Positions 35,785 to 48,288 of a stretch of DNA of 64,000 bases are shown piece after piece. Under the pieces are notes generated by a model. That model did not search any database. It had not been told where the DNA came from and saw only the letters and a list, made by a program, of their open reading frames with translations. Positions within the stretch are counted from its first letter, which is position 1. The number at the start of each line of letters is the position of its first letter. Position numbers and translations under genes: made by a program. Origin of the DNA: Macrostomum lignano. Lineage: Eukaryota. Where the stretch lies: positions 1 to 64,000 of the forward strand of contig NIVC01000651.1 of the NCBI GenBank assembly GCA_002269645.1, written 5' to 3'.

Positions 35785-38700
35785 TCAGTTGGCCCGCATG
35801 TTCAGCCGATTGTACCCTGACGTGCCCGCAGCGCTGGAGGTGGCCGCGGCCGGGCTTTTGTTGCTGAGAAGGTCTGCCATCAGTTGCTCCAGGTTGTCCC
35901 GGCTGTCATCTTCGGCTTGGGTCTGCTGCTGCTGCTGTAGATGCTGTTGCTGCTGTGGCGGCGGCGGCAGGCTGGCCGGCGCCATCTCCAGGCCGCGGAT
36001 CATCTGCTTTACGGGCGTGAAGTCCGGCCATCCGCCGCCCCCGGTGGCTCCCACGCCGCTTCCGCAGACGCCGCCGGAGAGTCGCGGATCGGGCAGCTCT
36101 GTGGCGCGCATGGTCTGCGGCGGCGAGATGAAAGAACCAAGCAAGGCGGCGGCCGAAGGGTGGCCCGCATGCGGATTCTGGGCCTGCTGGTGCAGCGGCT
36201 GCGGCTGCTGAAAAGGCTGCTGTGGCTGGTAGACGGCGGACAGCGAGGTCGGCGACAACTCGTTGGCGAGGTCACAGGAAGCGGACGGCACCGGGCGCAG
36301 CTGGTCGCGGGAGAGCTCCTGGAGAAGCTCCTCGTGTGATAGCAGCGGCTCGGTGGAGTAGGCGGTCTGGTAGGCCAGGCGGGCCACGAAGTCGCTGCAG
36401 AGCAGCACGGTGGCGCGCTGGTTGCGGCCGCGTGTCTGGCACACGAAGGACACGGCAGATATCAGCGAGGCCAGCGATGGGTAGCCGTAGTTGGAGGGGC
36501 GCAGCGGCACTCCGAAGTAGCGCTGGTAGTCTGGCTCAAGCTGGCTGAAGGAGATGCGGCCCTGGTTGGCCTGCAGCAGCGAGCTGAGGTCGCGGGCAAA
36601 CAACACCAGCGGGCGCAGGGTGACGCACTTGCGACCAGGACTGAGCGGGTCGTCAGTGACGGTCAGGATGTCTGAGAGCTCGCGCTGCACCCAGTCCAGA
36701 TTCAGCGGGGTGCGGTAGGCGCGAAGGAAATCCTCCTGTTAATTGGGGGTGGTGCTTGGATCACGGATTGAAGACCAGGGTGACTTCTGGCGAGTTGGGG
36801 GAATCTGTTCATAAAAAAACTGATGACCAGTGAAGTGAAGTTAAAGTTTCTGCTGGGAGCCTCTCTACGTCAAAGGCGCAAATGTAAACAGGGGTTAGGA
36901 AGCTATCTTGGTTGTTAGTGGCGTCAACCAATGAGTGTCAGGTGCACAATTTCGGTTGCCAAAGGCACCACTTTGTAACATGGCTCCTATATGCGAGTGT
37001 CAGAAGTTTGAGGCGCGCCAATATTGATGCAAGAAGCGCCAAAAGAGTCGAGTTGAGTGCTCAAAAGCGCATCACAGCAGTGCAAAATGTTGTGCAACAA
37101 GCGGCTGGGCAGCTCACCAGCGGCATGGAGCCGGTGCTGCAGTCCCGCAGCAGCAGCAGGCACTTGTAGGCGCAGTTCTTCACGTCGGTGCGGTCGGCCA
37201 GCCGCACCCAGGACTCGCCGGCGTCGTCTCGCCACAGCTCGGCCACGGTGGGCATCTTGGCCACCAGCTGCGGCACCGACTCCACGCCCAGGTCGGCCAG
37301 GTTCAGCGCGCTGCCGTACTGCCTGACGTACACCGACAGGAAGTCCGCCACCCGCAGGCGCCTATCCGGACAGGCCTCCAGCATGGCCAGCACGTGGCTG
37401 GCGCAGACTCGCAGGTGCTCGCGCAGGGTCAGGCAGATGAACTTTTCTCCCAGCTCGTCGCGCATCTCGATCACGTGACTGACGGCCTCAAGCAGGTCGA
37501 TGAGCTTCACGAAGCCAAATTCCGACACGCGGCATTGGCGAGCAAAGTAGTGATGGTAGCTGGGGATGAACTTGCTGAAGGGGACGCGGCAGCGGGGCGC
37601 CTGGCGTAGCAGGTCCACCACCTGGTAAGAGCAGTGGAGGGAGCGGTGGCTCAGGTACAGATTGGAGCAGGTCCACCACCTGGTAAGAGCAGTGGAGGGA
37701 GCGGTGGCTCCAGTGGTGTGATTGGAAAGTTTGCCACATTTCGCGCCGACTGAAAATTTTCGTGCCATGCCAATGATATTCTACTGACAGCCAAATAAGT
37801 CAATTGATGACACTTTTGAAGATGCGTCTGCATACATGCGCAACTGCTGGCCGACCTGGCCGATCTGGCCACTGTAAATTGTGGTGGACCAGGGGTAAGT
37901 CGCAAAAATGCCCACCCCAAAGAAGACATAGTACTAATTAGGATGACGAGACATTTAGCCCTTATAAGAGAGTCATAGTTACTCCTGCCGTTTACCCAAA
38001 ATTGCGTTAATCTTGCTCTAGGGTTTCTTTTACAGGTAAGTCGCATTTTTGGTCAAAAAGTAAGTCGCATGGCCAGTGTAAATCAGGGGGGTTGCGCATG
38101 TATGTGCGTCTGGCTACCAATTAGCATGTCTCTCAAGTCCCAGCCGTGTCCCGCCTGAACTTCTTGTTGGCGATGCTGGGTGGAATCTTTGAATCTGGGC
38201 AAATGGCCATCAGATCCTCGGCAAAGGTCCTCTTTTGATTCGAAGCTGCGATTCTTCAGTGCAATCCTGACAACACATCTGATCTCTGCCACCCTTGCAG
38301 ACGTAGCAGCCACATCTTCAGTGTCACTTTGCTTCTTTGCGACCACGAAAGTCTCCACGAATCTCGAAATTCTCGAGATTAATCTCCTAAGCTATGACAT
38401 TCTTGTATTTCATACTGTCTGACAAGAGAATAAGTGTAAAAAGCAGAAAATAAGAATGCAATTTTCGCGCCCATGGTTCCACAAAATTTCGCGCCAGACC
38501 CCCAGGATTCGCGCATTCGCGCCATTTTCGCGCCTGGCGCGAATTCGCGCCTGAATCACACCACTGGGTGGCTCAGGTACAGATTGGAGCAGGTCCACCA
38601 CCTGGTAAGAGCAGTGGAGGGAGCGGTGGCTCAGGTACAGATTGGAGCAGGTCCACCACCTGGTAAGAGCAGTGGAGGGAGCAGTGGCTCAGGTACAGAT

Positions 38701-41700
38701 TGGAGCAGGTCCACCACCACTGGTGGGTGCAGTGGAGGGAGGGGGGTTGATCACTGCTCAGCCTCCGCAGCTGCGCTCACCTCCAGAGCGAAGTGCGCTG
38801 TCTTCGCCCTCTCCGCCAGAGTCTGAACGCGGGTCGGCAGGCCGAGCTGCAGGTCAGGCGAGCCCTCAGTGCAGCTGACATCGATGCTGTTCTCCGGCAG
38901 CTCCTCCAGCATGTCCTCCAGGAAGCAGACCCCGTAGTCGGCGATGTTGAACTGGCGGCCGAACAGGCGGTTCATGTAGTAGGGGAGCTCGGATGCCAGG
39001 CACTGCTTGGCTGGCGCGAGCTTCAGGATCTTGCTCAGGTCGGAGGAGAATCGGCGCACCTGGTCAAGCAGATTTTGAGAATTTGCTGAGCAATCGCAAA
39101 GTTCAGAATGAGATCTTATGCATCGCGGACGAATTTGAGACAAAGTGTAAAGCTACTTCAGTTCGAAATTGATGACAGTGAGAAGCACGAAAAGTCACAG
39201 ACGGCTTTGAGAAGCATGCGAGAGGCTATAGGCAGTGAGGAGCATGAGAAAGAGTTGACTCAGGCAGTGAGGAGCATGAGAAGAATGAGAAAGAGGAAAT
39301 AGGGAGTGAGGAGAATAAGACGGAGGGAACACAGGCAGTGAAAAGAGAAAAGTGAGCGGTGTCGCACCTGCACCCGGTGCGTGAGGAAAATCATCCTGGC
39401 GGGCCCGGAGCCCACCACGTGGACGCTGTGCGGCAGGGCCTCCAGCAGGTCGGCCAGCTTGGTAAAGCCGTAGTCGGCCACGCGGCACTGCCGGCCGAAG
39501 TGGTGATGATAGGCCGGGATGAACTTGGACAGCAGCAGACGGCAGCCGGGCTGGACACGGACCAGGTCCACCACCTGGGGAGGGAGAGAAAGAAATTGAA
39601 AAGCATTGAGTCCTATATGCAATGTCCGCATCAGTGTGTCCTACAGTCAATGTCTGCTTCAGTGTGTCCTACAGTCAATGCCTGCTTCAGTGCGTCCTAC
39701 AAGCAATGTCTGCTTCAGTGTGCCCTACAACCAACCAATGTCTGCTTCAGTGTGCCCTACAAGCAATGTCTCCCTCGGTGTCCCCTTACATGCAAGGTTT
39801 TTTTGTCTGCATTTGGGTCAGTGTCCATGTCCTTTTGTCATTGATTATGAATAATTGTGCCTCCAGTTGAATCAATTGATTTCTTATCGTCCTTCTACAC
39901 AGGGATTTACAGAATTCAGCCCCTCCAGTGAGCCGGCTCCAAACCAAAGGCCCCTTCTAGCCACTAGCCAGCAGGACAGCTTCCACTCACCTCCCGGGAG
40001 AACTGCGCCATCTGGTCGCTCAGCGGCGGGCCGGACTGGCCGCTCCGCTCCTCCCAGCAGAGGTTCTTCACCCCGGCTGCCGACACGCAGACCCGCACGC
40101 CGGTACAGCGGACAGCAGGTGCTCCAGGTAGACTCCACCGCCTAGCGGAGGCTCCCGCGCCAGCGCCAGGCCGCCGAACTCGGCCTGGTAACAGGCGGGG
40201 AAGCTGCCGACCGGCATGACGCCGTTGTGCTGCTGCAGCAGCTTGTGCAGCTGGTGCTTGAACGCGCGCAGAGACAGCAGCACGCAGGGCAGCAGGCAGC
40301 AGTCCAGGGCTTGCACGTACTCCGGCGAGCCCTCGCGGCAGTGGATGCCGCAGACCACCGGCTCGACGTCGGCAGACAGCGCCTTGGAGGCTGAGGAGGC
40401 AGCATTCAGTATCACTACTCGGCCGCCGTTGGGGCCCTCCTTCACCTCGCAGACGTCGCGGTGGCGGTAGAGCTCGGCCAGAGCGAGGGACCGGTGGTAG
40501 CTGCGGGGAGGCAGAGGTGGCATTCAACCAGCGGCTGCATTGGCGGGATTGCGCCCTTGCCGAACCCAAGATACGCGCTTCAAGTTTCGCCAGGACAACT
40601 TTGGCTTTCAGCCAATAATAAGAGTGTCAATTGTCTAAATTAAGTTCAATTTCATCTCTGTCGATAGAACTTTTACAGGTGATGACACGAAGATTTAGAA
40701 AAGTGAGAGGATGCGAAAAAACGATAGGCCTGAACTTACTCGAGTATTTAACTGTGCAAAGTTTAAACACACTAGAAGAAATTTGTTTAAAATGATTCCC
40801 TCACTACTTGTTAGTAGGGCGATACGAGCGCATGTGCAATGAGACAGCAAAACCAAGACAGTTGTATTGGTACACCAGTGGAGCGAACTGGCTCACCGTC
40901 TCTCGTAGAGTTCCAGGAACTTGGTGACGGCCAGCTGCTTGCCGCTGACGCCGCCAAGCAGCCCGACAATGTCCAGCTTGATCCGGTTCTGCGCCTGGGA
41001 GGCTGTGCAGCCCCCGGCGCCGCCTGCGCCCAGCAGCTGTACCTGGGGGAGGGCGAGGCAGATTAAGCACTAGTTACAAGTGCTGCTAGTAGGCCGCACT
41101 GGCAAATTTGGGATTCCTCGTTTCTAGTGACGCAGGTGCGAGTAAGCTCTTGGCTGCTATTGGCTCGAAGGTCGAAGCGGTCACGTGACAACTGCTTCGT
41201 CATCAGGCAGCACTGGCAGAGCAGCAGACTCACCTGGATCCGCTTGTAGCCGATTTTTTTGCGGTGGAACTGCGACACGGCCAGCCGGGCGTCCTCCAGC
41301 GACCGCAGCTTGACGACGGCGGCCACGGAGTCGTCCGCCAGGCTGTGCATGGCCACGTCCAGCACGGGCAGCGAGGCCCCGATCTGCGTCTCCAGAATCT
41401 TCTTCCACTCCTTCGGCGCGATGTTGTAGTCAAGGTTCGTCACCTGCGCGGTTTGGGGGCGACTCAACTGCACTGCGGGGATCGCTGCATCGTTGGACTT
41501 TATTTGGTATACAGTACCTACACCCAGCTCCTGATGTCTGTGCCTACACCCAGCTCCTGATGTCTGTGCCTACACCCAGCTCCTGATGTCTGTGCCTACA
41601 CCCAGCTCCTGATGTCTGTGCCTACACCCAGCTCCTGATGTCTGTGCCTACACCCAGCTCCTGATGTCTGTGCCTACACCCAGCTCCTGCCTGATGTCTG

Positions 41701-44700
41701 TGCCTACACCCAGCTCCTGATGTCTGTGCCTACACCCAGCTCCTGATGTCTGTGCCTACACCCAGCTCCTGATGTCTGTGCCTACACCCAGCTCCTGCCT
41801 GATGTCTGTGCCTACACCCAGCTCCTGATGTCTGTGCCTACACCCAGCTCCTGCCTGATGTCTGTGCCTACACCCAGCTCCTGCCTGATGTCTGTGCCTA
41901 CACCCAGCTCCTGATGTCTGTGCCTACACCCAGCTCCTGATGTCTGTGCCTACACCCAGCTCCTGATGTCTGTGCCTACACCCAGCTCCTGATGTCTGTG
42001 CCTACACCCAGCTCCTGATGTCTGTGCCTACACCCAGCTCCTGATGTCTGTGCCTACACCCAGCTCCTGCCTGATGTCTGATGCCTGATGTTTGTGCCTG
42101 ATGTCTGTGCCTACACCCAGCTCCTGCCTGATGTCTGATGCCTGATTCTCCCTCTGATCTGATTCTGCTGTCCCTCTGATCTGATTCTGCTGTCCCTCTG
42201 ATCTGATTCTGCTCTCCCTCTGATCTGATTCTGCTCTCCCTCTGATCTGATTCTACTCTCCCTCTGATCTGATTCTGCTCTCCCTCTGATCTGATTCTAC
42301 TCTCCCTCTGATCTGATTCTGCTCTCCCTCTGATCTGATTCTACTCTCCCTCTGATCTGATTCTGCTCTCCCTCTGATCTGATTCTACTCTCCCTCTGAT
42401 CTGATTCTGCTCTCCCTCTGATCTGATTCTACTCTCCCTCTGATCTGATTCTGCTCTCCCTCTGATCTGATTCTACTCTCCCTCTGATCTGATTCTGCTC
42501 TCTCCTGCGATGCAAAGCGATTCAATACTCACCTGTATTTCCACGCTGTCGAGGGCAGCGGCGCCGGCGGCTCCGGTCCCCGAGGAAGAGGCGGTGGCCT
42601 CCGGCGACGCCTGGCTCGGCGTGGAATCGTCAATGGAGCCCGCGGACTGCTGGCGCTGGTGCTGGCGCTGGTGAGAGTCGGCGAAGGTGCCACTGTTGCT
42701 GCGGTTGCGGTGGTGCTGCGGCTGGTTGAAGTGCCGTCGCGAATTGTACAGCTGCTGGCCGGAGCGGAAGGCCTCCTTGGACGAAGTGAAACTGTAGCGG
42801 CGCTGCTGATGGTGCGGCGGCAGCTGCTGGTACGGCGGGTTCTGCTGACCGTGGGACTCGTTGAAGGAATTCGGTCGCTTGATGAACACGGAGCTCAGAT
42901 TTCGGCGCAGCTGCACCTGTTGGTTTGGGTGTGTGGGGTGAGCTCAAAAGCTAACAGAATCAGATGGTGTTCTCTAAGTAGCTGGTGCGGCTTCACGGGC
43001 AACTGGGTGGGGAGATCTGGGGAGTTGGGTGGGGAGAGCTGGGGAGTTGGGTGGGGAGATCTGGGGAGTTGGGTGGGGAGATCTGGGAGTTGGGTGGGGA
43101 GATCTGGGGAATTGGGTGGGGAGATCTGGGGAGTTGGGTGAGGAGAGCTGGGAGTTGGGTGGGGAGATCTGGGGAATTGGGTGGGGAGATCTAGGGAGTT
43201 GGGTGGGGAGATCTGGGGAGTTGGGTGAGGAGAGCTGGGAGTTGGGGTGGGGAGAGCTGGGAGCTGGGGTGGGGAGAGCTGGGAGTTGGGGTGGGGAGAT
43301 CTGGGGAGTTGGGTGGGGAGATCTGGGGAATTGGGTGGGGAGATCTGGGAGTTGGGGTGGGGAGAGCTGGGAGTTGGGGTGGGGAGAGCTGGGAGTTGGG
43401 GTGGGGAGATCTGGGGAGTTTGGTGGGGAGAGCTGGGAGTTGGGGTGGGGAGAGCTGGGGAATTGGGTGAGAAGAGCTGGGAGTTGGGTGGGGAGATCTG
43501 GGGAGTTGGGTGAGGAGAGCTGGGAGTTGGGGTGGGGAGAGCTGGGAAATTGGGTGAGAAGAGCTGGGAGTTGGGTGGGGAGATCTGGGGAATCGGGTGG
43601 GGAGATCTAGGGAATTGGGTGAGGAGAGCTGGGAGTTGGGGTGGGGAGAGCTGGGGAATTGGGTGGGGAGATCTGGGGAATTGGGTGGGAGATCTGGGAA
43701 TTGGGTGGGGAGATCTGGGGAGTTGGGTGGGGAGAGCTGGGGAGTTGGGTGGGGAGATCTGGGGAGTTGGGTGGGGAGATCTGGGAGTTGGGTGGGGAGA
43801 TCTGGAGAATTGGGTGGGGAGATCTGGGGAGTTGGGTGAGGAGAGCTGGGAGTTGGGTGGAGAGATCTGGGGAATTGGGTGAGGAGAGCTGGGAGTTGGG
43901 GTGGGGAGAGCTGGGGAATTGGGTGAGGAGAGCTGCGAGTTGGGTGGGGAGATCTAGGGAATTTGGTGGGGAGAGCTGGGAGTTGGGTGGGGAGATCTGG
44001 GGAATTGGGTGAGGAGAGCTGGGAGTTGGGGTGGGGAGATCTAGGGAATTTGGTGGGGAGAGCTGGGAGTTGGGGTGGGGAGATCTAGGGAATTTGGTGG
44101 GGAGAGCTGGGAGTTGGGGTGGAGAGATCTGGGGAATTGGGTGAGGAGAGCTGGGAGTTGGGGTGGGGAGATCTAGGGAATTTGGTGGGGAGAGCTGGGA
44201 GTTGGGGTGGGGAGAGCTGGGGAATTGGGGTGGGGAGATCTGGCGAGTTGGGTGGGGAGATCTGGCGAGTTGGGGTGGGGAGATCTGAGAGTTTGGGTGG
44301 GGAGATTGGGGAGTTGGGTGCGGAGATCTGGGAGTTGGGGTGGGGAGATCTGGCGAGTTGGGGTGGGGAGATCTGAGAGTTTGGGTGGGGAGACTGGGGA
44401 GTTGGGTGCGGAGAGCTGGGAGTTGGGGTGGGGAGATCTGGGGAGTTGGGTGCAGAGATCTGGGAGTTGGGGTGGGGAGATCTTGGGAATTGGGTGGGGA
44501 GAGCTGGCAGTTTGGATGGGGAGATCTGGCGAGTTGGGTGGGGATGCTAGTTGGGATGCGGAGATCAGGGGAACTGGGTGGGAAGATTTGGAATTGGGTG
44601 GGGAGACCTGGAAGTGGTTAAGAAGACCTGGAATTGGTCGGGTAGAGTAAATACCTGAATTAAGTGGGGAATTATAGAGTTTTTGCTTAATTGTTTTAAA

Positions 44701-45268
44701 GGTCATTATTTTTACCCATCCAAAACAGCAGCAGACTTGGAATTGGGTAAGGAGACCTGGAATTGGGTGGAGAGACTTGGGAGTTGAGGTGGAGAGACCT
44801 GGGGATTTGTGTGGAGACTTGGGGGCTGAGTGGTGTCTGGGGAGGACAGGAGCAGGACAGGATCGAAGTGAACGTCAATGTAATTGTATTTGTTCCATAA
44901 CTATATTAACAAAAAATTAGGTTGATAAAAGTACATTACTATATAGTCTACATCTAGTACTACTACTAGGTCAAGTAGGCAATTATAACTGCACTCGCCT
45001 CTTCGTCCCCCCTGTCATCGTCGAAGTGCAGTTCGGTGCGCCCGCCGAACGGCGGGCTGCTAGCGCCTAGGCTGTCCGGCGGCGAGCTGGGATCGAGGCC
45101 CCAGTAGTGCTGCTGCTGCTGCTGCCGCCTGAATGCCTCCCCTTTGCATTGGGGGCGGCCTTCTGCTGCAGCAGGGACGTTTCTGCCCCTGCAGCCTGGC
45201 ATGCTGCCATGCTCGTATTCGTGTTGAGTTGCCGAAGCTTCCGAATGTCCAGACGAGGCGGTTGCCAT
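35785..45268 (-). CDS. MARF1: Meiosis regulator and mRNA stability factor 1 / limkain-b1 homolog (RRM + about 8 LOTUS/OST-HTH domains, no NYN seen); about 1153 aa after restoring one base near 40101
   Basis: Exons 45268-44999 (GC donor), 42916-42533, 41443-41234, 41042-40897, 40500-39991, 39574-39368, 39059-38781, 37621-37118, 36735-35785 (3461 nt, +1 closes the frame). Motifs EIQVTNLDY...AVSQFHRKKIGYKRIQV (RRM), LEHLLSAVP, QFSREVVDL...SKFIPAYHHHFGRQCRVADYGFTKLADLLEALP, FSKFIPSYHHYFARQCRVSEFGFVKLIDLLEAV. Confidence 0.9.
37608..38725 (-). repeat. 58-nt acceptor-junction repeat (intron end plus first 14 nt of MARF1 exon 8), split by a hAT insertion
   Basis: Identical GCTCTTACCAG|GTGGTGGACCTGCT units with AG at 37623-37622 (functional), 37681-37680, 38603-38602 and 38661-38660, plus a variant near 38720. 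Confidence 0.9.
37711..38566. mobile_element. Non-autonomous hAT transposon, 856 bp
   Basis: Perfect 13-bp TIRs CAGTGGTGTGATT / AATCACACCACTG; perfect 8-bp TSD GGTGGCTC (37703-37710 and 38567-38574); internal fragment ATSARVAEIRCVVRIALKNRSFES resembles a hAT transposase N-terminal segment. Confidence 0.9.
41515..42500. repeat. Two adjacent intronic minisatellites in MARF1 intron 2: a 26-nt unit (CACCCAGCTCCTGATGTCTGTGCCTA) then a 22-nt unit (CTCTGATCTGATTCTGCTCTCC)
   Basis: Read directly; the switch is near 42145. Confidence 0.95.
43005..44835. repeat. About 1.8-kb G-rich degenerate minisatellite (GGGTGGGGAGATCTGGGGAGTT-type) in MARF1 intron 1
   Basis: Read directly; G3-G4 runs every 5-10 nt on the + strand. 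Confidence 0.95.
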
Positions 45269-47454
45269 TTTTACAAGGCGCCAAAGAGGTTGTAGCGTAG
45301 TCTGAGTCTGAGTGCCGCTATATTGTCACTGTATAATAATGCACACACAGAATGAATCCACGGTCAGGCTTGGCTTGCAGGCTTGTGCGGGCCTTGCAAG
45401 TAAATAAAAACTCAGTTTAAGTTAACTGTGCGCAGTGCGGGCCAGAGTTAATAAGGCTGGCCTCTTATCTCGGGGTGGGGTGTTGGGGTCTGACTTGCCG
45501 GCGTGTTTGATATCGTGCTAGCAGACCCACCCCTCCGTCCTCCGATTGGCTGGCTGAGGGAGGCGCCAGATTAAGGGGGGTCTTGGAGTGAGGGTGAAAA
45601 GAAAGGAAAGTGTGGGCCAACGCCTGAGTGAGGTGCAGCTGCACCCAGACGAGGCTTATGGAGTAGCTGGTAGCGACTGCATTATTTTCACCTACCACAG
45701 TCTTGACTTGGCAATCGTACCATTTGCCCTTGTCCCTCACTATCAGACACTCAATAACAATTGATGCATTGCATAATGCAATTTAATTTTGAAATTCACA
45801 TACTTTTTTCTTGGTGTAGCTTGTGTGCTCAATATACATTGCTTCATTCATTTTATTGACCCTAAAGTAAAAGGTTCCCTAGTTATAAATACTCATGTTA
45901 AAGGTTCCATCCCTGAAACCAGTGGTCCACTTTTCTCAGTTCTCAGCCCCGCCCCCCAGTCACACCACGCCCACAGTTCCCGTCTCAACTGAAGTGTGCA
46001 TGATGCAATTCGCGTCACAATGTCCCAGCTTAGGAGAGCAGAGGGTGTAGAGTGTTCTACCTCCCGTAAGAAGACATAAAAGTGTTAATGTACTACTCAC
46101 ACATTTTATTTAGTAGTAAATTGAAGAGCATGAATGAAGGTATGCTTTGAACTATAAGTATATTCGGACTAACCAATAGGAAGAGAGAGACCTCGAGCAT
46201 GCTAATTTTAGAAATCACCCAATCACGTGCGACCAACAACTGTCAATTCAAACCCCACCTTCAAGTCATCATTTTGTTTGCACTCGGGTTGCACCCGGAT
46301 GAACCAATCAAAGTCTACCAGCTACGGTAACCAATCATGCGCTTTTACAGTAGACTAGTTGCGCAACTTTCTACCCTGTCATGCTTGACAGCCACCGAAT
46401 CGTGACCCTTTGACATTTGCGAAGACAGTGATGTACGACCTCGAGAGAGGTCTGAACGCCTATAAATACAAGTGGTCCGGAACGGACCCGGAGCCAGAAA
46501 ATCTCCAAGAGAGAGAAGCTCCGAAGAGGAAGCTCTAGTGAAGCCTTCCTGAAGAAACTCGCGTCGTGGACGAGTTCTTGCGGTAAGCCTTACTCATTTG
46601 CGCCCGTTGGTTGAGACGTCTCGCTCAAGTCTATTGAGACTTGAGTTTATTTGAGTCTGCTGAGACTCTTGAGTCTGTTTAGACTCCACTGGTTGCAGTC
46701 TCCAGAAGGACTGCCCCTGATAGGTCTTAGAAGACTATCAGTGGTTTCCGGAGCTATACCTAGAGTGCAGAGAGGCACTGCTAGAAGGAGTAGGCTTATA
46801 TTAAACCGCAGTTCGGCGCAGGGATCCCCATTGTTGATTTGGAAGCTTCCCATTGGTCCGCACTACAGATACCGGCCGGAAACGACTTCAGTGGACAAAA
46901 GGAACGCGGACCTGGTTACGAACATAGACGTCTAAAGAAGTTCGAGGGACAAAGGAAGTCAGAGAACTACAGAACACGGAAGAGCTCTCCGAGACAGGAC
47001 TCAAGGTAATACATACCTTCATTTGATTACTGGGTTGCCTAGCTACAGAGCTAGAAGTGATTGTTCCTTGATTACAGTGGAGGACTGGTAATAAGGAACA
47101 CATCAAGGGCATGAAGCGGCTCCTAAACAAGCTGTTCCGCTCCAGCTGATCTGCTGCTCAGGAGACCTGTTCAGCACTGCATCCCAGAGGCTGCATGGCT
47201 AACCGGTAGCGGCAGCCGTCGCCACCACAGCAAGGTCAGAGGAGCCCGAGGCCATTGTCGGGGAGTCGCCGGACCTGCCCTGTCCGCATTGAACATTGGA
47301 CTACAAAATCTAGAGCCCACGATTTGCTGATTGAACTTGGTTGCCGCAATGAATGGACTGCTCTGCTCACGAACTTTTAACTCAACTTATGGCAGATACG
47401 AGCGTATTTTTGAAGGCCCCTTTTCATGCGTTTTAACTTTTTCGAAAATTCGTG

Positions 47455-47932
47455 GGGGTCGCTTCACAAGCTCGAAATTTCGCAACCTCGAAAACTTCCT
47501 TTCACAAACCCGAAACTCCATAAGCTCGAAATTTCACAACCTCGAAATTTCACAACCTCGAAAACCATTTTAGCAGCCACTTTCACAAACCCGAAACTTC
47601 ATAAGCTCGAAATTTCATATCCTCGAAAATTTTAGCAAGCGACTTCACTAGCTCGAAATTTCACAAGCTCGAAAACCATTTTAGCAGCCGACTTCACAAG
47701 CTCGAAAACCATTTTAGCAGCCGACTTCACAAGCTCGAAAATTTTAGCAGCCGACTTCACAAGCGAGGTTGTTTCGAGGTTTGTGAAAGTGGCTGCTAAA
47801 ATGGTTTTCGAGCTTGTGAAATTTCGAGCTTGTGAAATTTCGAGCTTATGAAATTTCGAGCTTATGAAATTTCGAGCTTATGAAAGTAACTGGTTTCGAG
47901 CTTGTGAAATTTCGAGCTTGTGAAAGCAACCC
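47455..47932. mobile_element. Foldback-type (probably Mutator-like) non-autonomous element with modular inverted arms
   Basis: GGGTCGCTTCACAAGCTCGAAATTTC on the left versus GAAATTTCGAGCTTGTGAAAGCAACCC on the right; CTCGAAATTTCACAA modules invert near 47765; direct repeat AATTCGTG at 47447-47454 and 47933-47940. Confidence 0.75.
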
Positions 47933-48288
47933 AATTCGTGCATTCACAGTACTCCAGTGCATGTTGCGTTCAGAAGTGCTGACTGGGCCGCTGGCACATC
48001 AGAGCACCGCACTAGACCACCTAGGCCAGCCCCTGCCCCCCGAACTATATTCGAAAAGCGCACCAGATTACTGAAAATTTTTTCAAGAAATAACTGTTGA
48101 ACCGAGTTCCAAGCCGCCAGTATTCATTCGCTCTCGTTTGTTTAATTAAATCATTTTGACCCCACAGACCAATCGGGAACTGAAAACAATTGCAATCGGG
48201 TACTCGGGAAATGATGCTGTTGTCTGAAATATCGTCATGCGAGTTAAGTTTGCCACTTTGCCGGCTCATTTCCTCCGGGCATTCATCT

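Noticed and set aside
43005-44835. Many Gly/Trp-rich ORFs
   Set aside because: Translations of the G-rich intronic array.
46010-47300. Possible solo LTR (TATAAATA near 46460, purine-rich leader)
   Set aside because: I could not define TG...CA ends with a matching TSD, a PBS or a PPT, so it is left unannotated pending a repeat-library search.
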